DNA of 64,000 nt from Chloroflexota bacterium (GTDB taxonomy: Bacteria > Chloroflexota > UBA11872 > VXOZ01), in NCBI GenBank assembly GCA_964291655.2, contig OZ219802.1:2464001-2528000 (forward strand), written 5' to 3'. A program made the translations under genes and the position numbers. The notes under the pieces are model-generated. The model did not search any database, was not told the origin of the DNA, and saw only the letters and a program-made list of their open reading frames with translations. Shown here one piece after another: positions 9,313 through 19,524 of this stretch; the first letter of the stretch is position 1, and the number at the start of each line of letters is the position of its first letter.

Positions 9313-11157
9313 ATGGCTACAACTACACCGCGAAGTACCCCGGTTGAGCACGAAGCTGTTGGTGAGAATGGGCTGCTCCGTGTGTCTGCGCTGGCGGACT
9401 TGCAGGAGCAGGGCGTTGTGACGGCGACGGGGCAGGGACATACCATTGCCGTGTTCTGGCACAACGAGCAGGCGTACGCCGTGGACAATCGCTGTCCCCA
9501 TATGGGCTTTCCGCTGGCGCGGGGTATCTGCGAGGATGGTGTGCTGACCTGTTACTGGCACTACGCGCGTTTCGACCTCGATTCGGGCGGCGCATTCGAC
9601 ATTTGGGCCGGTGACGTGCGCACCTATCCCGTAACTGTGCACGAGGGCGCGGTGTGGGTAGACCTGCGCGAGACAGAGAACGTAGACGAGCGGTACGCGC
9701 AGGAGGCGACTCGCCTGGCAAAGGCATTGGAACAGGGCATTTCGCTCAACCAAGCTAAAGCCGTGTTGGCTTTGCTTGATTTGAAACCCGCGGACGCGAC
9801 GAAGCGAATTGTCGCAACTACCGCCGCATACGGGCTTCAAAGAGGTTCGAGCCGCAATCCGGGAGGTTGGGGAGACGGTCTCACTATCCTAACGGCTATG
9901 GCAAACCTGCAGCCGCATCTCCTGGCAGACGACCGGCCGCTCTCCCTCTACCACGGCACGCGCCGCGTGAGCGACGACGCTATGAACCGGCAGGAACGGA
10001 TCATGCTCGATCCGCTGCCTACTGAGGCGATACCGAGCGGGCGCTTGAAGCGTTGGTTTCGGGAATACGTCGAGGTGCGCGACGCGGACGCGGCTGAGCG
10101 CACGCTGCGCACGGCCATAGCAGCAGGCTGGACGCCGGAGCAATTGCTCGACATGCTGGCCGCCGCTGCCACGGACCACTACTACCGCGACTTCTCCCAC
10201 GTCATGGATACGTTGGCCAAGGCTGCGGAACTCTTGGACATCATCGGTTGGGAGCATGCTGCGGACGTGTTGCCTGCCCTTACCAGCCAGTGGGCGCAAG
10301 CGACGCGGGAAGAAGAGCGCAACACCTGGCACCGCCCGGAGAACCTCGTGGCAATTGTAGAATCGGCGGAGGCAGAGCTCGGCACAGCCGTGGACTTCAC
10401 CGCGCAGCCGACGGGTGGCTGGAACGAGGATCTCGTCGAGGCGTTACTTGGCGACGATCCACAGGCCGGCTCCACCGCGCTGCTGGCGGCGTTTCGCGAG
10501 GGCTTGGCCCTGGCGGATGCGGCACAGGCGCTGGCGTATGCCGCGGCGTTGCGTCTCACGCGCTTTGCCGTCAGCAATGAGTTCGGCGATTGGGATACGG
10601 CCCTGCACCACTTTACCTACTGCGCGTCCCTGGCCCAAGTCGCCAAACGCGCGCCGTCCGTGGAACTGGCGCGCGGCGTGCTGCACGGCGCGATGGTGGT
10701 GTATCAAGCCCGCTTCCTCAATATGCCTGCGGCGCGTTTGCCTAATGCAAATGCCTTAGCAGCGTTGCCAGCCGATCCCGCTGTCTTGCAGGAACAACTG
10801 CTGGCGTACTGCGAGCGGCAAGGCGGCGTGGATGAGGCCGGTGCGGTGACCTATCGCTATCTGACGCTCGGCCATGAGCCGGCGCCCTTGATTGCAACTC
10901 TTGGCCATGCGGTCCTGCGCGAAGACCCCGGCTTCCACGACTTTCAGATGCTGGAAGAGGGGGTGCACTTGGCGCAGGACCTCGCCGCATCCGGTCACGC
11001 TGATGCCTCATACCAGACGCTGGTAGCAATTGCCCGCTGGCAGGCGGCCCACGCCCCTACCCGCCGCGCCACCACGCAGACGTACACCATCGCCCGCCGC
11101 CTTCATAGAGGCGAGGCCGTGTATGCCGATGCCGATGACAACGGTAGCGGATCGTGA
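9313..11157 (+). CDS. Rieske [2Fe-2S] domain protein with large helical C-terminal region
   Basis: CPH...CYWH Rieske ligands in the N-terminal ~115 aa; the remainder is unrecognised. Confidence 0.85.
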   Translation: MATTTPRSTPVEHEAVGENGLLRVSALADLQEQGVVTATGQGHTIAVFWHNEQAYAVDNRCPHMGFPLARGICEDGVLTCYWHYARFDLDSGGAFDIWAGDVRTYPVTVHEGAVWVDLRETENVDERYAQEATRLAKALEQGISLNQAKAVLALLDLKPADATKRIVATTAAYGLQRGSSRNPGGWGDGLTILTAMANLQPHLLADDRPLSLYHGTRRVSDDAMNRQERIMLDPLPTEAIPSGRLKRWFREYVEVRDADAAERTLRTAIAAGWTPEQLLDMLAAAATDHYYRDFSHVMDTLAKAAELLDIIGWEHAADVLPALTSQWAQATREEERNTWHRPENLVAIVESAEAELGTAVDFTAQPTGGWNEDLVEALLGDDPQAGSTALLAAFREGLALADAAQALAYAAALRLTRFAVSNEFGDWDTALHHFTYCASLAQVAKRAPSVELARGVLHGAMVVYQARFLNMPAARLPNANALAALPADPAVLQEQLLAYCERQGGVDEAGAVTYRYLTLGHEPAPLIATLGHAVLREDPGFHDFQMLEEGVHLAQDLAASGHADASYQTLVAIARWQAAHAPTRRATTQTYTIARRLHRGEAVYADADDNGSGS

Positions 11158-11199
11158 GAGCTTTAACTGAGTTGAAATAGCGGCACTTGCCCGCGCTTG

Positions 11200-14100
11200 C
11201 TACCGGATGCGGTCTCCGGCGAGAATGAGTATGCGTGCTAAGTCCGGCATTTCCTCCACGCGGCCCGCTTCAGCGTTCCACGCCAGACGCTGTCGCTGGA
11301 AATACTGCACGGTGCGGCCCAGCGTTGGGTCGTAGAGTTCCTCGGTTACGGGAAAGCCGAACCGCTCCAGGCCGCCATTGGCATTGAAGTACGCGAGGAA
11401 CCCGTGCCCCACGTAGTGACCGGTTTCCGGGAAGTACTGCACCGTCGGCGGCAGTTCCTCGCTTGGTTCCGCCTCTCGCGGCTCATGCGCGTCCCACAGC
11501 GTCAATAGTTCGTCGCCCAACAGACCCAACATGACCGCATGGGGAGTGCCGGCGAGTTGCGGACGGTACTCGAACCGGGCCTTCTCGAAGTACTGCACGG
11601 TCAGCCCGGCGCGCTGGAACTCATGGGTCACTGGGTAACCAAACCGCGCCACGCCGCCATGAGCGTCGAAGTACTCTTTGAACGCGAAGCCCACGTGCTT
11701 CCCTGTGGGGTAGTAGTAGCGGAGGCCGTTCTTCAAGTCTCGGCTCGGCGGTGTTGCTGCGATCACGGCAAAGAGACCGGGCTGCTGGGTAACGCTAATC
11801 AGCAGGCGGCCACTGGTGCGGGTTGGCAGCGGTTGCCACTGCTGCCGTATTGCATTCCACCGCGCCCAGTACACGTCGGCCGGCGTCACGCCCGGCGGCA
11901 GCCGCGGCCCAGGCAGGTAAGCGCTCAGTTCCAGCGGCCAGTCCAGGCGCGTGATGGCAGCGCCGGCACCATCGCGCAGAGAGAGTCTCGTGACCGTGTG
12001 GCCTACAAGGCTCTGCACCACGCCGTCGCGGTACTCGCGGCGCTTAATGAACTGCCCGCCTATCCGCACCATGGGCGTCATATCCAGCATTGCCGTGGTG
12101 CTACCCACCGGCACGCGTTCGAGCGGCGCCGGCGGGGTGACAAACAGATGCGCGCTCATGAAGGTGTCCACCGCCAAGCCCCCAGGCGCCCGTATCTGCG
12201 GTAGGGGATAGACTACGCCTCCTAAGAAGTCGGCCAGCAAGCGGTACATGGGTTTAAGCGGCGGATACGGGCTAAGGGCGTCCTGGAAAGTGAGGTCCAG
12301 CGGCAGAGCAGCCGGCACAACGCGCACATCTCGGGCGGCTGCGAAGGCTACCGACGCCGGTTGTCCGGCGGGCCCCGGCACGGATTGCAGCATCAGCGGT
12401 GGCGCATGCAGTACCGACACGTGGCTGGCGTGGGTGGTTACGCGGCGGTATTCGGGCTCGCTGGTATTCCGCTTGCCGCTCACGGTGATCATGAGCGGAA
12501 GCGGCTCCGGCCACTGAAGGCTGAGAGGCTCGAGCCGGACCGTCTCGTTGCGTATGTTAAGGTTCCTCCCGGCTGCCACTGCTGCCGGCTGCCAGCGGAA
12601 GCGCGCCGGACCGTAGTCAAGCCGCAGAACCACGGTCTCGCCGGGGCTGAGCGTACCGTCGTCGACTGCTTGGCGACCAATGCCCAGTGAAGGTGACTGC
12701 CAGTGCAGATTGGTCAGCAGCCAGTACCGGCTGGTGTTCGTGACGATGAGCGTGTAGTGGGCGTCCTGCCCGGCGACTAACGGTTCTTCGCTGCCTCTCA
12801 GTTCAACCTGCAGCGGTGAGCCCCGCCGCCCCGACATTGCTGTAGCGAGGACTTCGCCCTCAATGCTAGCTTCCCCCGTGACACTGCCTTGGTTTTGAGC
12901 CGCCGTCGGCTCGTGTCCACCCACGAAGGTCTCAGCTCCCGGGGCCCGCGCGTCTGGCACGTGGGTGAGGGCCATCGCGCCGGTCTGCTCGCTGGCCACG
13001 ATCACGGAGAGTATTTTCGGTTCCCGGCGAAACTTTGCCGACTCGGGTGGTATCTGCACTATTGCGGTCTCGCCGGGGCGGAGCCTACCTTTGTCGCCTA
13101 CTTGGCGACGAATGCGCAACGAGGAAATCCGCAAGTGCAAGCCGGTCAGCCACCGATACCGGCTGGCATTCGTGATGACGAGCTTGTAATGGGACATTTG
13201 CCCATCGCTTGCGGGATTCTGGCTCCTTCTCAATTCGACGCGCAGCAGCGCTGTAGACGGCGGTCCCGCCGTCGCTTTGACGTTGACTTCGTCTCTGACG
13301 CTGACTTCGTCTCTGACGCCGACTTCGTCCTCGACGCTGGCCTCGTCTGCGGTCTCTGTCCCTGGTTCGCCGAGGGTCAAGAGCATTCCTGGCGCCAACG
13401 CCTGCACGTCCACCACATGGGTAACCGTCGCCGCGACGGTCTCTTGGCTGTCGGCGATGACCGTGAGGGGCAGCGACGCCGGCCAGGGTACCGCCATGCG
13501 CGTCGGCTGGGTGGTAGTGCCATCACCAAGGACCTGGGATAGCGCGAGTTCCGCCGCGCCGCGGCGGGGGCTGAGCGGCCCATAGGCGAGTAGAATGCTG
13601 ACAGACCGGCCGGGCTCGAGCTCGCCGGGACGTTCCCACGGCCAGCCGGTGGGAAGCATCTGGGGACCTATCGCCAGCGTCGGCAACCGCCAGGTGATGT
13701 TGGTCAGAGTCTGTCCTCCCGAGTTCTTTAACGTCAGGGTACAGCGGAGGGTGTCGCCCTCGTTCAGCGGACCGGCCGGACATGTCAACGTGACGGTCAA
13801 GCGCGGTGGCCGGTTGCTCCGCGAGTTATCAGATGTGGTTCCGCCGGGGTGAGCGCCGGGGCAGGCAATCCCTTCATTGAGCTTGACCGGCAGCCCGGCC
13901 ATGCTGGCCGGAATGCCGCCCGTGAGTTGGTTGCCCCGAAAATCTGCCTCACTCAGGGCCGTGAGCGCGCCGAGGGAGTACGGAATGGTACCGGTAAACT
14001 GATTGCAGTGGAGCCACAGATACTGCACATTGGTGAGCTTGCCCAACTCGGCAGGTATGCTGCCGCTCAGCCTATTGTCGGGCATGAGGAGCCAAGTCAG

Positions 14101-14796
14101 AGCGGATAGGTTGCCCAACTGTGCGGGAATGGTGCCGTTGAGAGCCTTGTTGATCAGGACTAGGTTAAGGACACGTTGCGGCGTGCCACCGACTAAAATG
14201 CCGTCCCAACTGGAGATGCTCGTGTTCGCGTCCCAGTTCAGGTTGGCGGTCCCCATCAAGGTATCTTCCCCGGCCAGCAGTGCCGCGCAATCGGCGACCA
14301 ACCCAGCGTTGTTCGTGGGGTCGGACACCGCCCTGCCGGTGGTGCAGGCGGAAGCGAAGGTTGCCGTGGTGGAAAACTGGGTGGCGGTGAGGTTCTTTGC
14401 GCTGTCGCTGATGCTCTGCGCCACTCCGGCGGGCACATCCACCGTCACGCTGCCGTTGTTGCCGGCTGTCGGCGCGATGGTCACGCGGTACACCGTGGCG
14501 CTGTCCGCCGTGAAGTCGGTGGGGCTGCCGTTCCCCACCGTGACATCGCTCTGGGCGAATCCGGTGACGCCTTCCGAGAAGATGACAGTTACCTCGAAGG
14601 CTGCGCCGGTGACCTCCGCCGGTCCGGTGATGGTCACCGTTGCCGCTGCGGCTTGCGCACTTTGAAATGGAATCGCGTTGCTGAGCAGCAACGCCAGTAC
14701 CAAGATTGCTTTCCGTACGGGTGTTTTACCGGCACACACCAAGCCGGTGCGACGCGCCCAAGAAAGGACACGGCAGCGCAACGAGTCTTGCGTCAT
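11200..14796 (-). CDS. Large secreted mosaic surface protein (Ig-like, 4 LRRs, 3 DUF11-like Ig repeats, Chloroflexota-type C-terminal repeats)
   Basis: Signal peptide (..AQA); 'FSEGVTGF..SDVTVGNG' Ig domain; LxxLxLxxNxLSGxIP repeats; 'YFPETGH..GFPVTEE..QYF' repeats. Confidence 0.8.
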   Translation of the reverse strand: MTQDSLRCRVLSWARRTGLVCAGKTPVRKAILVLALLLSNAIPFQSAQAAAATVTITGPAEVTGAAFEVTVIFSEGVTGFAQSDVTVGNGSPTDFTADSATVYRVTIAPTAGNNGSVTVDVPAGVAQSISDSAKNLTATQFSTTATFASACTTGRAVSDPTNNAGLVADCAALLAGEDTLMGTANLNWDANTSISSWDGILVGGTPQRVLNLVLINKALNGTIPAQLGNLSALTWLLMPDNRLSGSIPAELGKLTNVQYLWLHCNQFTGTIPYSLGALTALSEADFRGNQLTGGIPASMAGLPVKLNEGIACPGAHPGGTTSDNSRSNRPPRLTVTLTCPAGPLNEGDTLRCTLTLKNSGGQTLTNITWRLPTLAIGPQMLPTGWPWERPGELEPGRSVSILLAYGPLSPRRGAAELALSQVLGDGTTTQPTRMAVPWPASLPLTVIADSQETVAATVTHVVDVQALAPGMLLTLGEPGTETADEASVEDEVGVRDEVSVRDEVNVKATAGPPSTALLRVELRRSQNPASDGQMSHYKLVITNASRYRWLTGLHLRISSLRIRRQVGDKGRLRPGETAIVQIPPESAKFRREPKILSVIVASEQTGAMALTHVPDARAPGAETFVGGHEPTAAQNQGSVTGEASIEGEVLATAMSGRRGSPLQVELRGSEEPLVAGQDAHYTLIVTNTSRYWLLTNLHWQSPSLGIGRQAVDDGTLSPGETVVLRLDYGPARFRWQPAAVAAGRNLNIRNETVRLEPLSLQWPEPLPLMITVSGKRNTSEPEYRRVTTHASHVSVLHAPPLMLQSVPGPAGQPASVAFAAARDVRVVPAALPLDLTFQDALSPYPPLKPMYRLLADFLGGVVYPLPQIRAPGGLAVDTFMSAHLFVTPPAPLERVPVGSTTAMLDMTPMVRIGGQFIKRREYRDGVVQSLVGHTVTRLSLRDGAGAAITRLDWPLELSAYLPGPRLPPGVTPADVYWARWNAIRQQWQPLPTRTSGRLLISVTQQPGLFAVIAATPPSRDLKNGLRYYYPTGKHVGFAFKEYFDAHGGVARFGYPVTHEFQRAGLTVQYFEKARFEYRPQLAGTPHAVMLGLLGDELLTLWDAHEPREAEPSEELPPTVQYFPETGHYVGHGFLAYFNANGGLERFGFPVTEELYDPTLGRTVQYFQRQRLAWNAEAGRVEEMPDLARILILAGDRIR
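13278..13349. repeat. 4 x 18-bp in-frame tandem repeat (DExxVx) in the surface protein
   Basis: TGACG(T/C)(T/C)GACTTCGTCTC units encode DEASVE/DEVGVR/DEVSVR/DEVNVK on the minus strand. Confidence 0.8.
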
Positions 14797-15629
14797 GCGC
14801 CGCCACCCGCTTCACGCCTTACGCATCCCACTTTGCTACCCACAGCTATTAACAGTGTACTTTACCTATACGGCTAGTAGTTGCTCGCAAAATATCCGTT
14901 AAGTTGAACACCTAATATACTAGATATATTAAACACATGCAATAGTCAGAATATACTTACAGGTTTGGACTGGATTATAGGGGTATAAGTAACAACATGC
15001 GAACCAAGACTTATGGTGGTTTTGCAATGTGTCACTCTAAGGTGGAAGCAATGAGGAATTTGGCGTGGGATGTTGGAAGAAATTCCTCTCCGTGTGAAAC
15101 ACGGGGCCGCTGCCTGCGCGGAATTGTAGAGGTCAGCTAATTCGTCGACAGGCATGAATACAAAGGACACTCAACGCAGTACTAAACATGACAAGCACAC
15201 ATGTCTTTCCGATCGAGGCGTTATGAAAGGTTGAGCCTACTTCACTGAATTTAGAGGACTGAGTCTCGTGGACAATATTCGACGTTGATCCAAACCTCTG
15301 CAAACCTTTTTCGACGCTGTGATCAAGAAAACGTGCTCCGTGAACTCTTCAAAGTGGAAGGCGAATACTGTAGACGAAGTACTCAACACGTACGGAGAGT
15401 GACAAGAAACGCAATTGCCGCACTAGTTTCAAGGCTAGACCTACCGATTGCGCAGTCAGATTGATGCACAAGCGGCTCAGTAAGGAACACCTGCTTCACG
15501 CGGCACGCTGGGCTGTGGCAACCCACACCGGCGGCTGACTAGAGTACAATAATGAATGCAGGAAGCGTGCTGACATTGGGCGCACTTCCCCACGAAATGG
15601 GTTCGCCGCAGAAATAGTGAGAGACTGGT

Positions 15630-17030
15630 ATGGCTGGCAAGACGCTATTCGAAAAGGTTTGGGAAAGTCATGTGGTGCATGAGGAGCCAGACGGGCCGGC
15701 ACTGCTTTACGTTGATTTGCACCTCGTGCATGAAGTTACATCGGCGCAGGCATTTGAGGGACTGCGGCTGGGCGGCCGCACCGTTCGGCGTCCCGCTCTG
15801 ACAGTGGCAACGGTCGACCACAACGTGCCCACTACAGACCGGGGGCAGCATATTGAAGACGACATTTCTCGTCGTCAAATCGAGACTATGGAGCAGAATG
15901 CAACGGAGTTTGGCCTGACGTTCTACGGGTACCGCAGCCCGAACCAAGGCATCGTGCACATCATTGGGCCGGAATTGGGCTACACGCAGCCCGGCAAGTT
16001 AATCGTCTGCGGCGACAGCCACACCTCTACGCACGGTGCGTTTGGCGCGTTTGCCCTTGGTATCGGCACGTCTGAGGTCGAGCACGTGTTGGCCACCCAA
16101 TGCCTGATACAAAAGAAGCCCAAGACCATGGAAGTGCGGGTGGATGGGACGCTGCCGCAGGGGGTCACGGCCAAGGACGTGATTCTCGGCATCATCGGGC
16201 GCATTGGGGTGGACGGCGGCGTGGGCCACGTCATTGAGTACACCGGTGAGGTAATTCGCTCGCTCTCCATGGAAGGCCGCATGACGATTTGCAACATGTC
16301 CATCGAGGGAGGCGCGCGTGCGGGCATGATCGCGCCTGACGAGAAGACGTTTGCCTATCTCAAGGGGCGCAAGCATGCGCCGCAAGGCAAAGACTGGGAA
16401 GAGGCGCTCGCACATTGGCGGACGCTATCAACCGATGCCGACGCCACCTACGATAGCGTCATTGAGATTGATGCCGCCACCCTCGTGCCCCACGTTACTT
16501 GGGGCACGAATCCTGGCCAGGTGGTTCCCGTAACCGGCTCTGTGCCCAGTCCCGGCGAGATGGCATCGCCGGACGAGCAGGCCACTGCCGAGCGGGCGCT
16601 GACGTACATGGGGCTGGAGGGCGGCACGCCTATTCAGGATATCGCCGTTGATCGCGTCTTTCTGGGATCGTGCACCAACGCTCGGTTGGAAGACCTGCGC
16701 GCGGCGGCCGGCATCGTGCGCGGCAAGCGGGTGCATCCCAATGTGCGGGCGATGGTGGTGCCGGGCTCGACGATGCTCAAGCAGAAAGCGGAATCAGAAG
16801 GTCTAAACGAGGTCTTTCAAGCTGCCGGATTCGAATGGCGCGAGGCCGGCTGCTCCATGTGCCTGGGCATGAACCCGGATATTCTCGCCCCCGGCGAGCG
16901 TTGCGCTTCCACCTCCAACCGCAACTTCGAGGGCCGCCAGGGCAAGGGCGGTCGCACCCATCTCGTCAGTCCGCAAATGGCCGCCGCCGCCGCGATTGCG
17001 GGGCGATTTGTAGACGTGCGGGAGTGGTAG
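15630..17030 (+). CDS. leuC: 3-isopropylmalate dehydratase large subunit
   Basis: [27 protein letters not shown] and [12 protein letters not shown] motifs. Confidence 0.98.
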   Translation: MAGKTLFEKVWESHVVHEEPDGPALLYVDLHLVHEVTSAQAFEGLRLGGRTVRRPALTVATVDHNVPTTDRGQHIEDDISRRQIETMEQNATEFGLTFYGYRSPNQGIVHIIGPELGYTQPGKLIVCGDSHTSTHGAFGAFALGIGTSEVEHVLATQCLIQKKPKTMEVRVDGTLPQGVTAKDVILGIIGRIGVDGGVGHVIEYTGEVIRSLSMEGRMTICNMSIEGGARAGMIAPDEKTFAYLKGRKHAPQGKDWEEALAHWRTLSTDADATYDSVIEIDAATLVPHVTWGTNPGQVVPVTGSVPSPGEMASPDEQATAERALTYMGLEGGTPIQDIAVDRVFLGSCTNARLEDLRAAAGIVRGKRVHPNVRAMVVPGSTMLKQKAESEGLNEVFQAAGFEWREAGCSMCLGMNPDILAPGERCASTSNRNFEGRQGKGGRTHLVSPQMAAAAAIAGRFVDVREW

Positions 17031-17188
17031 GCAACGGGAAAAACCAAACAGCACTTGAATTGGCACGCGAATAGTCGATGAGCCTGCAAGCAAAGGTGAT
17101 GTCAAGGAACGAGCATGTTGGCCTTGATCGCGCGCTAGTAACCGCCCACCCTTGATGCGGGTAAACTCCACTTTATAGAGAAAGAACG

Positions 17189-17797
17189 ATGGATCCATTT
17201 GTAAAACACACCGGCACAGTAGCCGCTCTCGACCGCGCCAGTGTCGATACCGACCAGATTATTCCGAAGCAGTTTCTCAAGCGCATCGAGCGCACGGGAT
17301 ACGGTCCGTTTGCCTTCTTCGACTGGCGCTACTTCGAGGACGGCACGACGCTGAACCCGGACTTCGAATTGAATGACGCTCGTTACGAGGGCGCGAGCAT
17401 TCTCGTGACCGGCAGGAACTTTGGCTGCGGCTCCTCGCGGGAACATGCGGCATGGGCACTGAAAGAATTTGGATTTCTGACGATCATTGCCCCGAGTTTT
17501 GCCGATATCTTTGCCAACAACGCGGTGGAGAACGGTATGCTCACGGTGGTCCTGCCACCGGAAGACGTAGCCACGCTCACAGAACGGGCCCAGACCATGG
17601 ATGGGTACAGATTGACGGTGGACCTGGCAAACACCACAGTACAAGACGACCATAGCTTTGCGGCATCGTTCCCGATCGATGCTACCGTTCAGCACCGCCT
17701 GCTCAACGGTCTGGACGCGGTAGGGCTTACGCTGCAGCAGGAAGACGCCATTAGCGCGTTTGAGGAACAGCGGCCGGCATGGCTGGGGACATCCTAA
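17189..17797 (+). CDS. leuD: 3-isopropylmalate dehydratase small subunit
   Basis: DTDQIIPKQFL, NFGCGSSREHA and SFADIF motifs. Confidence 0.98.
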   Translation: MDPFVKHTGTVAALDRASVDTDQIIPKQFLKRIERTGYGPFAFFDWRYFEDGTTLNPDFELNDARYEGASILVTGRNFGCGSSREHAAWALKEFGFLTIIAPSFADIFANNAVENGMLTVVLPPEDVATLTERAQTMDGYRLTVDLANTTVQDDHSFAASFPIDATVQHRLLNGLDAVGLTLQQEDAISAFEEQRPAWLGTS

Positions 17798-17826
17798 GCG
17801 GGAATATCTGCTAGTTTGGCAATAGT

Positions 17827-17859
17827 GAAGGCCGCGCCGGGAAACCGATGCGGCCTTTC
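17827..17859 (+). terminator. Probable terminator after leuD
   Basis: GAAGGCCGC...GCGGCCTTTC hairpin. Confidence 0.5.
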
Positions 17860-17932
17860 GATTCACATGTGAACTTATGACAGCTAGCGCTTTTCTTGAG
17901 CGAATTGTTCTGTGCCACCAATGGAGGACTTT

Positions 17933-17959
17933 AGATTCCGCGCTTCGCTCGGAATGACA
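17933..17959 (-). repeat. GTCATTCC-type palindromic repeat
   Basis: Reverse complement TGTCATTCCGAGCGAAGCGCGGAATCT; related to copies at 25628, 36168 and 50982 and a degenerate copy near 28299. Confidence 0.65.
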
Positions 17960-18177
17960 TGATCAGTCAACACTGCCATTTGGTGAGAGCAATCTGCCAA
18001 CGAAATTCTCAACATTGACCGAAATGACACACCAACTTCAACAGCGGGAACTGAGCGTTGTAAATGTGCACAGCCAGCATCATGAGTCGAAGTAAGGGGT
18101 TCTCCGGCTCTCACAGTCATGTCCAGAGCCGCTCAGCAGAGGTTGGGAAGCCGCTAACGTACTTTCCTCGGCGGAAT

Positions 18178-18202
18178 GTAGCACGGGGGCTTGTCCTCCG
18201 CT
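18178..18202 (+). repeat. GTAG-tagged REP (family GTAGCGCGGGGGCTTGTCCCCCGC)
   Basis: GTAGCACGGGGGCTTGTCCTCCGCT; other copies at 25302, 25506, 36136, 37983, 38024, 47866, 57312 and 57359. Confidence 0.8.
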
Positions 18203-18213
18203 CGGCGGCAGGA

Positions 18214-19212
18214 TCACTCACTTTCGTGCGGGCGTAGCAGGGACGCGACTACAGAACCCCCCAAGAGCACACCAACCACCGCCAGTGAGTAGACCGGCTG
18301 TCCATGGAATGCCGATGCTACCACTTCGATTCCTTCCAGCACGGGGGTAAAAAAGTGGTCGCCCTTGGGTACGCCGTGAAAGTCTCCTACGACCATCTTG
18401 ATGCCCACGAAAACGAGCACGAGGCCAAGACCCACACCGAGATAGTGGAACCGGTCCATCAGGTTGGCGAGGAGGAAATACAGCGCGCGCAGGCCGAGAA
18501 TGGCGAAGATGTTCGCCGAATAGACGATGAAGGGTTCGCGCGTGATGGCGAAGATTGCGGGCACGGAATCCAGGGCAAAGACCACGTCGGTAACGTTCAC
18601 AACGAGCAACACGAGCAGCAGGGGCGTTGCCAGCCAGCGGCCGTCGATCTTTACGATGTAGCTGCCGCCGTGGTAGTTTTCGGTGCTCGGGAGAATCTTG
18701 CGAAAGATGCGGACAGCGAAGTTGCGCTCGGGATCGGTGTCTTCGTCGCCTTTGATCAAAATGCGAATACCGGTATAGATGAGGAAGCCGCCAAAGACGA
18801 AGATCATCCAATGGAAGGTTGCCAAAAGGGCGGCGCCGACCAGGATGAACGCGCCGCGTAGGATGATGGCGGCGAGAATTCCCCAAAAGAGCACGTTGTA
18901 GCGATACTCATTGGGTACCGCAAAGTACGTGAAAATGATCAAGAAGACGAAGAGGTTATCGACACTCAGGGTCCACTCAATGAGATAACCGGTGATAAAC
19001 TCAGTGCCGCGCTCGGGCCCGGCAAAGATGAACATGCCGACGGCAAAGGCCAAAGCAAGGCTGACCCAAATGGCGACCCACGTCGCGGCCTCACGCGGTT
19101 TGATGACATGCGCGCCGCGATGGAATACCACGAGGTCAAGGATGAGGAGGGTGACAACAACAGCGGTAAAGCCGATCCAGAGTATTGGTGAGTTGAACGT
19201 TCCAAGCATCAT
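18214..19212 (-). CDS. terC: TerC/Alx-family metal (Mn) export membrane protein
   Basis: 'LSVDNLFVF', 'DVVFALDSVPAIFAIT' and 'NIFAILGLRALYF' motifs. Confidence 0.92.
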   Translation of the reverse strand: MMLGTFNSPILWIGFTAVVVTLLILDLVVFHRGAHVIKPREAATWVAIWVSLALAFAVGMFIFAGPERGTEFITGYLIEWTLSVDNLFVFLIIFTYFAVPNEYRYNVLFWGILAAIILRGAFILVGAALLATFHWMIFVFGGFLIYTGIRILIKGDEDTDPERNFAVRIFRKILPSTENYHGGSYIVKIDGRWLATPLLLVLLVVNVTDVVFALDSVPAIFAITREPFIVYSANIFAILGLRALYFLLANLMDRFHYLGVGLGLVLVFVGIKMVVGDFHGVPKGDHFFTPVLEGIEVVASAFHGQPVYSLAVVGVLLGGSVVASLLRPHESE

Positions 19213-19240
19213 TGCTTCCTTCGAAAGAGTAGGAAAGAGC

Positions 19241-19343
19241 TAAGGTCTATTCTCCGCGTGCACGACACAATTAAGGCACCGGAGGTACGGTGCCGGTCTC
19301 CCATTCAAGGGAGAGAAGTGACTAGCGGGAGCACTTCTCCTAT
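19241..19343 (-). ncRNA. Probable yybP-ykoY (Mn2+) riboswitch
   Basis: Minus strand UAGGAGAAGUGC..AGUCACUUC[UCUCCC/GGGAGA]CCGG...AGACCUUA follows the yybP-ykoY layout (AGGGGAGUAGC..CGUCA..CCGG..GAGACCU); directly 5' of terC. Confidence 0.65.
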
Positions 19344-19524
19344 AGTAGCGCAACGACCATGGTAGCGTCACTTTCCGGCAGGACGGGTGCAGTCGCAAGC
19401 AGCCTTGCTTGCTGGGGGCACCTGAAAGACAGCTCTAGAGGATGGGACAAGACTGTCAGAGGGAAGAGTGTATAATTGAATGTAGAACTTGCAATATTAC
19501 ACAAGACCGGGGTATGCTCTGTCC

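Noticed and set aside
15480-15629. T-box or leader-peptide attenuator for leuCD
   Set aside because: No T-box consensus, Leu-rich leader peptide or terminator recognised.
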